NCBI RefSeq assembly: GCF_009914755.1
Contig: NC_060936.1
DNA from: the human T2T-CHM13v2.0 reference genome, Homo sapiens
Length of the DNA stretch: 64,000 nt
Direction: 5' to 3' (one strand)
Shown here: positions 36,051 to 51,753 of the stretch, piece after piece
Layout of the letters: every line of letters starts with the position of its first letter
How positions within the stretch are numbered: the stretch's first letter is position 1
Position numbers and translations under genes: made by a program
The notes under the pieces: model-generated
What the model saw: only the letters and a program-made list of their open reading frames with translations
Databases searched by the model: none
Told to the model about the DNA's origin: nothing

Positions 36051-38564
36051 CTAGAACACAAGGATTATCATTTTAAGAGCATAGCAAGAAAGTCAGCATG
36101 TACTGTCTTGTTTAGAGGCTTAAGAAAAAACATTTCAATACTTTTTAAATGAAAGACTTTACCCTCGCCATAGTGGGACAACCATTGGAATAGAGAGCAG
36201 TCCAGATCAAATCTAGACAACCAAGTCGTCCAGAGTGATGTCAAGGGGAACAACAGCATGACTCAACGTTAGGAAAAAAAACAGCAGAGTTACTACAGTG
36301 GAGACCCAGAAGGGTCTCTGTACACAGCAGGTGCTCAATACATGCTAGCTGAGTGAACTACTAAATTTGATTTGCACAGCCAGCCTCTGAGTTAGAGCAA
36401 ATACTTTCCATTTTGCAGATGTAAAACCAGAGATTCCAAGAAAAAAATGCATAAAATTATGTAACGAGGAAACAGAAAATCTAGAAATCAAATCCTGATT
36501 CTTATACTTTTGAGTTCATGTCTCTTCCTACCATATGGAAATGCTCAGTAGATGGAATCTGCTGTATCTACAATGATGCAATGGCATCATTGTTTTTATT
36601 ACTTTTGTTATTATTATTACTATTGCATCAAAATATCTTTTAGATGAACAACATTATCTATGAGCTCTGCCTTCCAGGAGCACATCATTGAGTAAATAAA
36701 ATAAGACAAGTACACAAGTAACAATCTCTTGCAACCCAAGTAACATTGGGCTTAAGCCACCTTCCAAGACTTCTGCCAATCCCAATGGGTCATTCGTGTG
36801 GTCATGTCTGGCTCCAGGCTCTTGTGTTGTTGTCTGTGCTGACTCAATTTGCTACCAATTTCAACAGGGACATGAAATTCAGCCCCCTCTTAGATATCGC
36901 ACAAATATACACAAACATCAAAATATGCATAAATTACAACTCAAAAAGACTTCCAATTATTGTAGAGTTTACTGAAAATTTATGAAGGAGAGATCTATAT
37001 CTAGTAGTTCATCCCACTTTAAACTGAACTTTAGATTCAGGTTAGACAGTAGATTTTTCTAAAGATACTGCATCAAGAAATTTTTACACGACACTTCGCC
37101 CCCACCAGTAAAGCCAGCCATGTCATATATAGCTGGCTTCTTTCTACCTTCATACACACTCCCTCCCTCTTTTGTGTCCTCCCTCTCTTTCTATATTTCT
37201 TCTTAAAAGCACAAAGGCATTAGCCTTACTGTCCCATTCAAACGAGTATAATCATCACCTTTGGTCTCTTGGGTCTTATTGAAGCCAGTACTGTCTTCTA
37301 CTTATGAGTAGCTCATCAGTGTGGTTTTCTAATCAAAGACAGCTTTCTCCCTAAGAGTCATTCCACTGCCAGCTGTTGAAATAATCTAATTAATGTCTTG
37401 CTACCACTGCATTAGTACAAGGCTGATCTGTAATAATCAACCTTGTAATTGATTAAGCATCCACTCAAACACAATCATGGCTAATTATAAGCTCTTTTTT
37501 TTTCCTTTGTTTATTTCCTGTGCATGGTATAAATAAGATTTTGTAGACTTTTCTTTTCTACTTAATTTTATATAACAAATATCTTCTATATAACTACATA
37601 GTCATTATATGTGTCATTTTTCATGGCTATGTAGTAGGGTTTTGAATGTATATACCATATCGTTTACTTAACCATTCCCCTATTGTTGGACTTTTAGGCT
37701 CTTCATAAATTTTTTCTGCTATAAATTAGGGTATATCTTTGTGTATAGAGATCTTCTTTTGCCCTTAAAAACAGAAATTTGGGAAGAATTTTCTGTGAAA
37801 CTTTCACAAAAATCTAAATGAAATTATTGGTCTATAGATATATTAGCAACTGAGATTGCAAGTATTCTATCAGTTTATTTTCATTTAGAAAAATGCTTTT
37901 ATAGAATCAAAGACATGTCTATAGAGAGCAATCAAATTCTTATTAAGTGACTATCATATATCAGGTATTTTTAATTAAGTGTTGATGGAGAGAGAGAAGA
38001 ACAATTTTAACTTTTACAAATCCCCTTTATGAAAATGTTGCCATTCCCTATATGCCTGATCGGCATTATCATTCATTCAGTAACACTCAGGGTAAGTTTA
38101 ACAAAAAGATGGCAACATATCTTTCATATTTTATTATTTAAAGTTATGTCCATGCCATTGTATATTGGCTTGTTTCCTGGAATGCCCTTCCATACTTATG
38201 ACGAATTCATGATTTTTTGAATTAAATGATGAATTCCTATTTTTTTCCAAATCCTGTTCAATTATCACCTCCTCTATGGAACATTCTCTGGCCACCCCAA
38301 TGATGTGTTGGAGCCAGCTTACATGAGCAGCAGAAAGCCAGTTGTATGCATCTCTTCTCATATCTGCTTTCTATGACTTTAGGTAGTTAGCTTGAAATCA
38401 GCCATCACAGTAACATTTACACAACAAGAATTGGTAAACTTACAAACTGGGACTTTTCCCTAGAAAGCTGATTGTTTAACATTTCCTGAACCACCTCCAC
38501 ACCAAGGTAATCACATGTTTCTCTGAAGTACTTTTATTTATTACTACTTTTAGATTAAAATTTT

Positions 38565-38863
38565 AATTTTTTTTTTTTTGAGATGAAGTCTTGCTCTGTA
38601 ACCCAGGCTGGAGTACAGTAGCACTATCTTGGCTCACTGCAACCTCTGCCTCCTGTGTTCAAGCAATTCTCCTGCCTCAGCCTCCCAAGCAGCTGAGACC
38701 ACAGGCGTGTGACACTATGCCCGGCTAATTTTTTTGTATTTTTAATGGAGATGGGGTTTCACCATGTTGGCCAGGCTGGTCTCGAACTCATGACCTGACA
38801 TGATCCACCCACCTCAGCCTCCCAAAGTGCTGGGATTATAGGCCTGGGCCACTGCACCTGGCC
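38565..38863 (-). mobile_element. AluS
   Basis: Alu dimer consensus. Confidence 0.95.
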
Positions 38864-41689
38864 TAAGTGTTAAGTCTTATACTTACTATGTTGGTTATCA
38901 CACCATCTCTATTTGCACATCTTTCACTGTCAGTCTGGAACTTCTTGAGCCTAGGGACTGTGTCTTAATCATCTTTTTGCTGCTTCAGTCTTGTACAAAG
39001 TAAGAACTCTATGAACTATAGTGCTTATTGTTGTCATTGTCATCATTGTTATTTAAATGGTTGTTTAACTGAACTGGTAAGTTAGTATGTTAACTTTAGG
39101 GCAACGTTAACTGCAACATGGACTCTTGGCAGATAGGCAAAGTATAAACTAAGCATGTTTTAAATTGGCTTTTTAATATCCAAAAAAGTCAATTTAAATT
39201 TTACTGGTATATTTTAGGGGCTTGATTTCATTAAGAAATATTGTAGTTAATAAGCCAAGTGTCAGACTCAGACAAACTATGGTAAATTTTTTGGAGCCAA
39301 ATCTCAGTGATTAAAGAAGAATTAAAACTGACTTGATAAAATGGAGATATTATATAACCACACATTCATTTTTCTCTCCCAAGCCAAAAGCTAGTGTTTT
39401 TCACATTTTTTTTTTAGCCCCACAGGGACTAAAAAGGGACTTACACAGACTGGACACTCTGGCAAGTCTCTGGGACTGATTAGAATGGGCCCTCTTCTTC
39501 ATGGTCTGTTGACCTTGTCATTCAAACCTCCATACATGATGTAAAATCCTTTTAAAATATTCAAAGACACAAGTTCTGGGAACAAATTTTTGCCACTAAG
39601 GCCCCTGGTATCACAGATAATGCTTATCAGTTTTGGGATGTCTTGCCATGGCCTGAAAGAGGTAAAAATGAGGATTCCTGAAACACTAATTTATGAATAA
39701 GCAAATCACAAAACACAAATGGTGGTGTCATCTTCCTCAGCATTACTTCAAGTGGCTTCATAACAAAGGCTTGTCCAGTGATGGGTTTTAGAAAGAGCAC
39801 TGAACCAGGAGTCAGAATTCCTGGGTTTTAAGGCCAGCATCGCACTAGAGGCAAAATGATCTTGGGCAAATTGTTTAATCTTTCTTGGTTTTGTTTCTGT
39901 AACTGAAAAATGAGGGGATTTGATAGGTGCCTCCTTGCTTTCCTCCCAATTTTTAATTCTCTGACATCTGTGGGGGCTAAGAGATTAGTTCCCTTGAGAA
40001 GCTTGTGCCAGGAGGAGCAGATATTGTCACCTTCACATTTTCAGTGATTTTTCTTTCTTGTCTTCTAGTTAGAAATTTCTGAGACTGATTTTGCTGCAGG
40101 CAGAGAACTGTGAGAAAGGAAAGAAACATTCTTGGGAGTTTTGACCAACGGCATCTTGAAACTAAAAAATTAAAGTATGAGAAAACATACACAGATAATG
40201 AGCCCAGAATAACATAGTCATGGACCTTCTAGTGAGACAATTGCATCTAAAAAACAATGAAGTAAAAATGCATTTCACAGCCAAGAAAAACATGTAGAAA
40301 CAATGAGTGGAGGATGTTTCTACTTCCCTATTCTCTTTGTGATGCTAATATCAGGAAAGAATCATTAAATCTAATGGCAAATTTAGAAAAGCTAGCCTTA
40401 CTATATGGATACCCTGAATTAAAATTGCTTTTAAGTCTTTTCTGCAAAACTCAAAAATACTTCCACTGATAAGAAAGTATGATGAAAATCAAACTGATGC
40501 TTAAACATTGGGCCTTAAATATTTTGAAATCTAATCAATTGGGGAAATAGAGGAGTTCATTTGAAATAATACCAGAAATAAATAATATAAAGAATCTGTG
40601 CCAACAAATGTTGTGACATTATTCATATGTTATTCACTGTATGTCCTTAAGTGAGAGTTATATGTGATAGTAAGTGGTCATTGTAGTACATCCGCTTCTC
40701 TGTATGAACAGGTGTTATATATGCCAGAGGCACCATTTGTGTGCCTTCTGACCTGTAACTACTAGTGTCCTTCTCTTGACAAGTATTTATAGTATAATAG
40801 CTAAGCATAACAGACATCAGAAAGACACGGTTCAAGCTATAGTTCTGTCATTTATTATTTGAACAGTTCACTTTACCTCTTGAAACTTCAATTTCTGTAT
40901 CTGTAAGACAAGGTTATAGTAATACCATCCTTACAGGGTTATAAAGAAAGGGCTTAGAACATTGCCTAAAATATAGTACATGCTCAATAAATTATTTTGT
41001 CTTGTTTTATAACCTTCAATGTGCATGGTCCTGGGGATTTTAAAAGGTTGCAAACAGTAATCTGCATATCCATTTGTTTGTTAAGTTCCAAATGACCTAG
41101 AGGGTTCTAAGAATGTTGGCCCTGCATGAATTCAAAGTACAGGTGGAAGTTGCTATGGATTATAGATGTGAAAACATCCCTTTCGTAGAGGCAGGAAATC
41201 AGAGGCAGCAGCAAGCCATCATTCCAGCTGCAATTCTAGAAAAATTTAAAGATTTTCCTATGTGGACTGAGATTGTTAGCTGTTATCTTCCCTGGAGACA
41301 CAGGCTAATTCTGGTACGAGCAGAGGACTGGCTTGGCATAAGTAGTGGTACACTGCTAGGGACAAGAGAAACCAGCATAGCTTTTGATAGCTACACGGGC
41401 TGACGTGGGAGGTGAAATCTAGAGGAGACCCAAACGCATGGCTATTTTTCCCAGAAGGCCACTGCTGAGTGCTGAGGCAGTGGGAAGCAAGAGTGGGCTG
41501 AGAAGACAGACTGAACTCTCCCGCAGTCCCACAGTGCTTAGGCAACAAAATCCCACTAGAAGTGCTCTGTAACAAGCATGCCACAGGTTTCATCCTTGAG
41601 ACATTTGACCACAGAGATGGACTGAATATAACCAAAGCTTCTACCGAATCCTAAAACCAATAAAAATCTGATTAGATTGAGAGGATTAA

Positions 41690-42380
41690 CACTTTGACCC
41701 AGTTACCAAACAGAGGAATGGATAAGAGCCCCTGACAAAAATATCACTTATTTTATGTACAATGTGTGTGTAACACTCAATCAAAATTACATAGCATGTG
41801 AACAGACATGAAACAGTGGCTAGTAATCAAGATAAAAAACAGACAATAGAACTGGGCCCAAATGTAATCCAGATATTGGAGTTAGCAGATAAAAACTTTT
41901 AAGCAAATATAATAAATGCGCTTATAAAAAATTGTAGAAAGATGAGGAAAATAAACGAGAACATAAAGACTTTCAACATAGAATTACAGTCTACCAAAAA
42001 AACACATTAAAATGGATATTCTAGAACTGAGCAAATAAAATATCTGAAATTAAGAACTCAACAGATGGATTTAATAGTAGACTGTAAGTCAAAGACAGAA
42101 TTAGAAAAATAAAAGAGAGGCCTATGAAAAGGTTCCAAACCAAAGCCTTACAATGAAATAAAAAAGTGGGGAAGGGAAAAATGGAAGGAATAGAACAGAG
42201 TATAACAGACGTGTATGACACATAATTGAAGTCTGAGAAGGAGATAGAGAAAATGGAACAGGAACAATACTGGCAACAAACAATTGCAGAATATCATCTG
42301 ATTCTTCTCCTTTGTTGTTTATGTTGTTCAATGTGTGAATTACATTACTTTTTTAATGTTAAAACAGCATTGTGTTCTTA
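41690..42380 (+). mobile_element. Ancient L1M 5'/ORF1-region fragment
   Basis: atccagatattggagttagcagataaaaactttt...tctgaaattaagaactcaacagatggatttaatagtagact resembles L1M ORF1-like A-rich sequence. Confidence 0.6.
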
Positions 42381-42824
42381 GAATAGACCCCATTGCAGTA
42401 GATCAGCAACTCTCCAGTCTCTTCAGCCCAGCTCTTTCCTCTTGTAGTTCTTTTCCTAGGTCAACACATTGGAACTATCATCCCTCAGCTGTTTCCCAAG
42501 CTGGAGTCCCTGATCTTTCAACATGGGCCTCCCCATCCCATTACTGCCTCTCTGATGATCTAAAAACCAGGGACTTGGCCACACTCACTAGGTATCTTCT
42601 GTAATGAGTAGAATTTTTCTGTTGTCATGTTACTGCTCTGGGATGTGGCCTTTTGAATACCTACCTACAAAGCAGCTCTTCATTTTCAGACAGCCCTAAG
42701 TACTATACGTTTTTATTTATTTAGCGCTAAAATTTGGTTATCTCTAGATGACAACCTAATTTGGGGCTGAAGCTATTCAGAATAGTCTATTACTTTAAAT
42801 TTCACATGATTCTTTTTGTAATGA

Positions 42825-43085
42825 ATTAATTTATTTTTATTGATACATAATAGCTGCACATATTTTTGCAGTATATGTGATCATCAATACATTCATATAA
42901 TTAAGTCAGTGTAGTTGGAATATGCATCACCTTAAATACTTTTCTTTATGCTAGGGACATTCAAATTATTCTCTTCTAGCTATTTTGAAACGTACAATTG
43001 ATTTACATTAACTATAGTTACACTACTGATCTATCAAACACCAGGTCTTATTTTTTCTAAGTGTATATTTGTACTCATTAACCAT
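42825..43085 (-). mobile_element. L1MA-type 3' fragment
   Basis: ttttattgatacataatagctgcacatatttt...acattcaaattattctcttctagctattttgaaa. Confidence 0.75.
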
Positions 43086-43362
43086 ACATGACAACTCCTT
43101 CAATGTGGAAGATAATTCTTATATAACCCCAGTTTTCTCTTACACAAGCTAAACATCTCAACTTCTGTTAACTTTATCTTACTTCCATATTAATTGGGAC
43201 TCTTGGTTACTAGTGATAGAAACCTAGCTGATACAGGCTTTGAAAGGGAGGATCTAGAACATAGCTGGGAAATTTAAGAGATTAGAACTGGCTTTGGGCA
43301 TCCACATGCTTTCCTTTCCTGGAGCTGACTTCACTTTAAGGCAAGCACTCCTGCATGGTAAC

Positions 43363-43804
43363 TATATTAGCTCTGAAGCTCTCTGACATACCCTGGAGAC
43401 ATTTTCCTCATTGTCTTGATGATCAACATTGGGCTCCTCATTACTTATGCAGATTTCTGCAGCTGGCTTGAATTTCTCCCCAGAAAATGGGGTTTTCTTT
43501 TCTATCTCATTGTCAGGCTGCAAATTTTCTGCATGGCTGGGGAGGCCTCAGGAAACTTACAATCATGGTGGAAGACACCTCTTCACAGAAGGGCAGGAGA
43601 GAGAATGAGTGCCCAGACAAGGGGGAAGCCCCTTATAAAACCATCAGATCTCATGAGAATTAACTCACTATCACAAGAGCATGATAGGGGAAACTGCCTG
43701 CCATGATTCAATTACCTCCACCTGGTCCCTCTCACTACACGTGGGGATTATGGCAACTACAATTCAAGATGAGATTTGGGTGGGGACACAGCCAAATCAT
43801 ACCA
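43363..43804 (-). mobile_element. Internally deleted THE1/MST MaLR element nested in an MLT1 LTR (~43180-44135)
   Basis: tatattag + ~160 nt MaLR-internal sequence + partial LTR ending catacca; 5-bp TSD gtaac / gtaat. Confidence 0.75.
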
Positions 43805-46134
43805 GTAATAAACATGACTATGAGCAAATCCCAGTTGACATCATCTTTGCAGTATGTAATCAAAGAGCAAAGATCTTTCAACTTCTTTGAATGCCAGCTT
43901 CTTTCAACCCGCTTCTTTGAATGCCAGCAAAAGTCTTGATTGGCCCAGCTTGTGATGCCTGTCAACTCCTAACCAATCACATGCAGATAGAGTGATAAAC
44001 TGTTCTGATTGAGCAGGCCTGGTTCTGTGTTGGGGGAAGGGAAAAGGAAAATCAGCCCTACCCAAACCAAGGGAAAAAGGATCCAACCACTGGGAGAAGG
44101 AGGGGAGGAAAACCACTCTAGTTGAGCAATGTCCTACTGTAGATTAGATGACAGTGCTATCAATACAGGCATGATTACATAATTGTAATTCCATCCTGCA
44201 GGATAGTATATAGCTCTTAAATTTTATGTATATTCAATGACACAGAAGAATGCCCATGATATATTGTTAAATGAAAAAAAAAGCATGATGGTATATAAAC
44301 TATTTTGCCATTTTTATAAATAATACTCAATACCCTGCCCTCCACACTTACCCTCATAAACCTCTTTGGAATATATTTGGTCCCTCTTAACCTATCTAAA
44401 CTCATTTCCTCATCTTGCCGTGAAAGATAGCAGGAGAGTTATTGTTAGATACAACGTTAAAGTATCCTACGTGTGACAAAAGTTATCCTTATCTATGAGA
44501 AGAAGAAAATAATAATAAAGTTGTTGGTTTTTCAGACAACGCGAAGTGGATCCATAGAATCCTTACTAAGTTAATTTGACCGAACTTATGAGCTGTGACA
44601 TCGTAAACCATGCACAAGGGCTCTTCCAGGGTTAAACAAAATGCATAACAATCAAATACAGCAACATCTGCCAAAAGAAGTAACACCAATAAATTGCAAG
44701 TGATTGTTTAACTATCTAATGTGGTATAATCAGCCATGCACACAGATCATTCCCCAATAAATGCTCTCACCATGCATGGGATATGAGGCATAAATCAATT
44801 TCTGATTACTATAATCCTTTAAACAATAATCTGAGAAATATTTCTGCCCGCAAAGAAAACAAAAAATAAAATCAGGTAAAGTGCTCTGTGGTCAGGAAAG
44901 TTTAAAGATAACTCTGTCTTGATAGAATGACTCTAGGTTGTATAGGAAATACGAAATAATAGGCATTGCATTTTGAAAAAACTTTACATTCATCGCATTA
45001 TTTATATAAAATGTGATAGTAATTTGATCATTCTCATAGAGCCGCCTTGCTTGAGAAGACTTCATGAGTGTCATTTGACAAAATTGAATCAACCTTCCTT
45101 TCATTCAGAAATAATTCTTGCTTTATGTAACAAGCCATGTTTTCTTTCTTCTCTCTCCACTCTTTGCTGTCCTCAGGAGCATTTTCAGAAGAACAGAAGG
45201 TTTATGGCTCTCAGTTTCTAGGGTTCCTGCTGTTTCTGTTTATTCACCACCTGAAGTCTTAATTCGCTGTGTGTAGCCTGCAATTGACTACTGTGGAGAT
45301 AATTTTGACATAATCATGCTAGAATTATGACTTAGGGACAGAAATCACAGGAAAGTGAATGAAGTCTTACAATGGGTCCTAAATCACCAAGAAGAACCAG
45401 CAATAGGATAATTTTCAGCCTAATTATCTGTTCTATCTTTACTACATATAAAAATAAAATCCGCAGGCTTATTTTTCCCCCATTGGCTCTTAAAACTCAT
45501 TTCCAAGGCTGTTTTTGCAGTTATTAACTTCTTCACATCTAGAATTCTGACAAGGGTACCACTTTAGAAATGTCAGAACTAAAAGTTGGTTTGAGTTGAG
45601 CTGAGTGAAATGTACCAGGTAAATCAGCAGCCACTTGGGACTTCGACACAATTTGGAAATGAATTTCACACTTAAATCCCATCTCCTTACTTTCCAAGGT
45701 AGATGATTTGCTGCTGGTTCAGTCAACATCAAAACAAATTCATTCATGTAAGTCTAAGCATTACTGTGAGCCCCTGTTGATTGTCAAAGCAAAATTCAAA
45801 GCAGCCCACACTAAAATTAAACAGAAGAAATAAACCCCACAGTGCCTTTGCTGGGTCTTGGCAAACAGATGGGCTGGTGCAGAGCCAGGGGCAGCCTTAG
45901 GAATTGTGAAACCTCAGCTGTGCCTGCTTCCTGAGTTTCTCTGATGCACAGTTGCTTGGTTTACTTTCATTTTTCCACACTTGCCTCTATCCCTCAGAAA
46001 CACTTAAAGCCATTCTTCAAGCCAATCTGATGTCAAAAACAGAGTAAAAGAAAGGCATGGTGCTAGAAGTTGGGACATATCTTAGCCTAGCTACATATTA
46101 ATTAGAAAACAAATCTCAATTAATATTGAAATGG

Positions 46135-46679
46135 CTGTGAGAGACACAGCCTTATGTTACCTCCAAGTCACACACTTGGGTAACTCCCTCCCTTCAAGTG
46201 TGGGTGAGTAGAACCTGGGATTTGCTTCTAACCAATAGAATATGGCAAAGGCGATGGGCTATTACTCCTGTGATTATATTACAATATATTTATAAGACTC
46301 CATCTTGCCAGACTGGAGGGAAAAAATGTCCCACTGGCCTTCAAAAAGCAAGTTGTGGTGTGAACTGCCTATGGAGAGGATCACATATCAGGGAACTAGG
46401 GGTGGCCTCTGTGGACTGAGAGCCTCAATCCTACAACCACAAGGACTTGAATTCTTCCAACAACCACATGAGATTGGAAGAGGACCTTGAGTTCCAGAAA
46501 GGAATGCAGCCTAGCCAATGCCTTGATTGTAGCCTTCTCACAAGGCCACAATAAAAAAAATTCAGATAAGCTGTGTCTAGTCTCCTCACCCACAAAAACT
46601 GTGAGATAATCAATGTGTGCTATATGTTAAGCCACTAAATATATGGTCATTTGTTATCCAGCAATAGAAAACTAATACA
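46135..46679 (+). mobile_element. MLT1-type MaLR solo LTR
   Basis: gggatttgcttctaaccaatagaatatggcaaagg...ttgttatccagcaatagaaaactaataca. Confidence 0.85.
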
Positions 46680-46792
46680 GTAACCATCAAAATATTCACA
46701 TTGGAAACACTTTTGCATGACCATTGGAAATCAAGGAATTGGTGCTATCTGTAATCTAGAAATCTAGAAGAGTTAATTCTTCAGATACAGTC

Positions 46793-47166
46793 TGATATGG
46801 TTTAGCTGTGTCCCCACCCAAATCTCATCTTGAATTGTAGTTCCCATAATCCCCATGTATTGTGGTAGGGACTTGACGGAAGATAATTTAATCATGGAAG
46901 CTGTTATCTTCATGCTGTTCTCATGATAGTGAGTTAGTTCTCATAATCTGATAGTTTTATAAGTGGCTTTTCCCTCTTTTGCTTGGCACTTCTCCTTGCT
47001 GCCGCCATGTGAAGAAGGACATGTTTGCTTCCCCCCCACCATGATTTTAAGTTTCCTGAGGCCTCCCCATCCATGATGAACTGTGAATCAATTAAACCTC
47101 TTTCCTTTCTAAATTACCCAGTCTTGGGAGTGTCTTTATTAGCAGCATGAGAATGAATCACGGACA
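46793..47166 (+). mobile_element. THE1-type MaLR solo LTR
   Basis: tgatatggtttagctgtgtccccacccaaatctcatc start; perfect 5-bp TSD cagtc (46788-46792 and 47167-47171). Confidence 0.92.
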
Positions 47167-47276
47167 CAGTCTAAGTGGTCCTGGATCAAAAGAAGATGCT
47201 GAAAGCTGCCCTCTTTCTGACAGCAATCTTTCTGGAAGGGAGGAAGAGGAACTAATAAACTCCCACAGATGCCTCT

Positions 47277-47840
47277 CTATCTGTGAGGATGCATTTGGAT
47301 GTAAGCAAAGAAAGCATGACTCCACATTGCTTAAAAACAAAAGAAATTTAATGACTTGGGGAAACAAATGTAGAGGAATCTCTTTCTAGCATTGGAGGAG
47401 GACTGATTTGGCTACTCAGGATGTCATGAAAGCCCAGTTTTGTTTTGTTCTTTCTAACTCCACTCTGCCTGTCATGGTGTCAGATATATCCTAAGACTGG
47501 CTCCTAAACCCCATAGATTCAAGGTGTCTGCCAACAGTTCCCATTGCTGGCTGCCTCCTCTTCCACATCCATCAGGAAACAGTCTTTGTCCCAGGATTCT
47601 CAGCAAAATTTCTGAAAGTCACACTGATTGGACTGGCTTGGGTCACATGCTGATCTCCTAAACCAGTCCTTGCAGCCTGGGGGTTGAAATGCAAATTTGA
47701 CTGAGCCAAGGTCCAGTGTTCCACCCCTCAAGCTGGGAATGAAATAAGCATGGAGAAACACATGGAACCTAAATGGAAATCACGACTCTGGAAAGGAGAG
47801 TGGATCACGGGTGCAGGGAGGCTGCTAACAAATGTCTACT
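47277..47840 (-). mobile_element. Old MLT1 (K/L-like) LTR
   Basis: aggatgcatttggatgtaagcaaaagaaa...ctgattggactggcttgggtcacatgc. Confidence 0.6.
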
Positions 47841-48512
47841 AAAACTCCAATTCCAAGAGGTGAGTTGGCACTGTTCCAAGACTCAAAAGGCAGGAAAGCA
47901 TAGGGAACTCATGGGAAGCCCGGCCCATTGGGTCCTTTCACTTGAGCTCTAGGAATGCACATCTGAGGGAAGGCCTCAGATGTGGCTCCTGGTCATAAGT
48001 CTGAAAGCAAGCAGAGGACTGGCCATGCTGGGGAGCCCTTCATTCCTGAATGAGTGTGATGGCACCCAGCTTATGCTCTGATTGTGGCTGCAGCTGTCAC
48101 TCTAGGTCCCTGCCCCTTAAACTGCAAAATTGCTGAGCAAGCAATCAGAACCTAGTGAAATCCTTTGTCAACCCCAAATCAACACTGGCCAAGCAAAGAT
48201 ACCCTTCTCTAAGGAATGGCAAATGGAATAACTACTGAGCATAGTAAAAGAGCTTACAGGTCATAAGAATAAAGCAAAAAAATTCTAGGATGGCTCAGTA
48301 GAACTACTTTTTTTGAAACAGAGTTATTTCAAAAAACAGAAAAAATTAGAAATTATAATTCATGATTCTTTGACTTTAATTTTTAGACCACATATAGTTG
48401 AGTTAATCATAACCCTCAGTTCATGACACACTAAATAATCCATATTTTTGACATGAATCAAGAACCTACAGTCTGCCACCATGAAAACATTTTGTAATAA
48501 AAAAGAATTGCA

Positions 48513-48823
<311 letters not shown>

Positions 48824-49282
48824 TTATCTTGAAAGGAAAATTGATGTTAAAGTCATTATGGAAACAGTTAAAGGCAATTTGGACTATGCAGAAAATGGAA
48901 CAAGCAAAATAGCCAAATAGAAAACAGTATCAAGAAATTATCCCTAAGGTAAAAGCAATAGCAATAATGTAGAGAAAAGATAAAATATCAGAGTGAAGCG
49001 ATAACTTCACTCTGAAGAGTGAAGAAAGAGAATGAGGAAAGTGAAGAGTGAAGTGAAGACAAAGAAGAATGGGGACTGAAGGAAAAGAATCAGTGGAAGA
49101 GAGATAAATGTCAAATAGCACAGAAAATATTTCTTATTTAGAAAAAATATTTTAAATAACAGAGAGTACACACCAGATATTTGGTAAACAGAACCCACCA
49201 TGACATATGCTAGGTAAACCTCTCTACCTTCAAATATAAAAGAAAAAACTTAAGCCTGGACAACATACCAAGAACGTATCTC

Positions 49283-49583
49283 TTTTTTTTTTTTTTTTTT
49301 TGAGATAGAGTCTCACTCGGTCGCCCAGGCTGGAGTGCAGTGGCGTGATCTCAGCTCACTGCAGGCTCCATCCCCTGGGGTTCAGGCCATTCTCCTGCCT
49401 CAGCCTCCCGAGTAGCCAGGACTACAGGCACCCGCCACCTCGCCCGGCTAATTTTTTGTATTTTTAGTAGAGACGGGGTTTCACCGTGTTAGCCAGGATG
49501 GTCTCGATCTCCTGACCTCGTGATCTGCCCGCCTCTGCCTCCCAAAGTGCTGGGATTACAGGCGTGAGCCACCATGCCCGGCC
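49283..49583 (-). mobile_element. AluY inserted in an older + strand Alu/FLAM-like composite (~49254-49725)
   Basis: AluY diagnostics; host Alu-like sequence on both sides (agcctggacaacata.. / ..tgtagtcccagctact..). Confidence 0.9.
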
Positions 49584-50094
49584 AACCCTATCTTTTAAAA
49601 AAATTCAAAATAAAAAATTAGCAGCATTCCCTGTAGTCCCAGCTACTGGGGAGGCTAAGGCAAGAGGACCACTTGAGCCCAGGAGTTTGAGATCAGCTTG
49701 ATATAGCAAGACCTAATCCCAATAAAATTATATATATATAATGTTCTATTGTATTGTGTGTGTATATATATATTTCACACTTCAATAGAACATACACAAT
49801 CTCACAAAGAAGTAAAAAAAAATTTAAGAGTATGGTACCCAGCAAAGAGTAAATATTCTATTGACCTCCTATTTCAACTATTAATGACTGAAATCATGCA
49901 AAAATGTCTACAGACCTTTAAAGGAAAATACCATGTTGCAAGAATTCCATGCCCTGCACATGTGATAGCAAAATAAAGTCATTTTGGGGTATGAAACAGC
50001 TCAGAATATGTACTACCTAGAAACTTTTCCTAAATAAATACCTCAGAAATATTGAAAGATATCAAGATGCATTGATATTAATCTGATAGTCACC

Positions 50095-50443
<349 letters not shown>

Positions 50444-51383
50444 TAAAAGGAAGCTCAAATAAATCTCATACCTCTTTTCAACAACTAGAAAGAAAATATC
50501 TTTTAGGAATTTGCCAATTCAAAGCCATAAAGTAAGCAAACCAGGATGTCATCTTTTAGCATAGACATACTTTTTAAGGTATACTTTTTATTGAAGCAAA
50601 GCATACATAAACGTAAAACTACACACAGGCAAAAAATGCTGAGGCGAGCTGCTCCCTCTGCGATATTGGAGAGCACCTCCATGTGTCATCTGAGAAAGGG
50701 CCACAGTGAGGTTGCCCCAGGTTCTTAAAGGAAAAGCTGACTCTGGGGTGTCCCTTCCCCACCCAAAATGCCTCCCTGTTGCCATCTCCTTGACAAATCA
50801 GATGGAGGTGGCACATTTTTTTCCGTGATAATCTTTTGTGACCTTTCTATAAGACTCTTAATTTCCTTCTTGAAGTTACAACCAGAGGTTGGAAGTTTTT
50901 GCATTGGGATCAAGTATTCCATTATCATTATCCCCTAGGAGAGACAGCTTTACAATCCCATGTGCGTGAGGGGATTGGTAGAAAAGAGTATGACCTTCCT
51001 TCCACAAACTAAAAGCTAAAAGACTTTATTCATTTTTTTCCTTCCCAAATTGAAGCAATTCACTTCTAGACATCCTTGGCAGGAGCTCAGAACTGTTTAT
51101 GCAGGCTCCATGCAGGCAAAATATTTTTTGATATCCTGCTTTTGGTTGAGTCATGGTAATGTTGGCAATGGTGGTGAGGGCAGGAGATCAAGTCATTTTT
51201 CAAAGTTCTAAGTAAATGATGTTCTAGTAAGATCAATATGAGAGAATTAAAGACTAATATAAAGTTTATCACAAGGCCAACATCTATAAGTTAGACCTTT
51301 TTTTCTTTTCCTCTAAGGGCAGTGGTTCTCAAATTTTAACCCATGTAAGAATCACCTGGAAGTCTTGTTAAACACAGACTTCT

Positions 51384-51753
<370 letters not shown>

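Noticed and set aside
43874-43928. Short tandem duplication (ttctttgaatgccagc twice); similar ones at ~13497-13523 and ~58124-58160
   Set aside because: Two-copy slippage duplications with no spacer structure or evidence of function.
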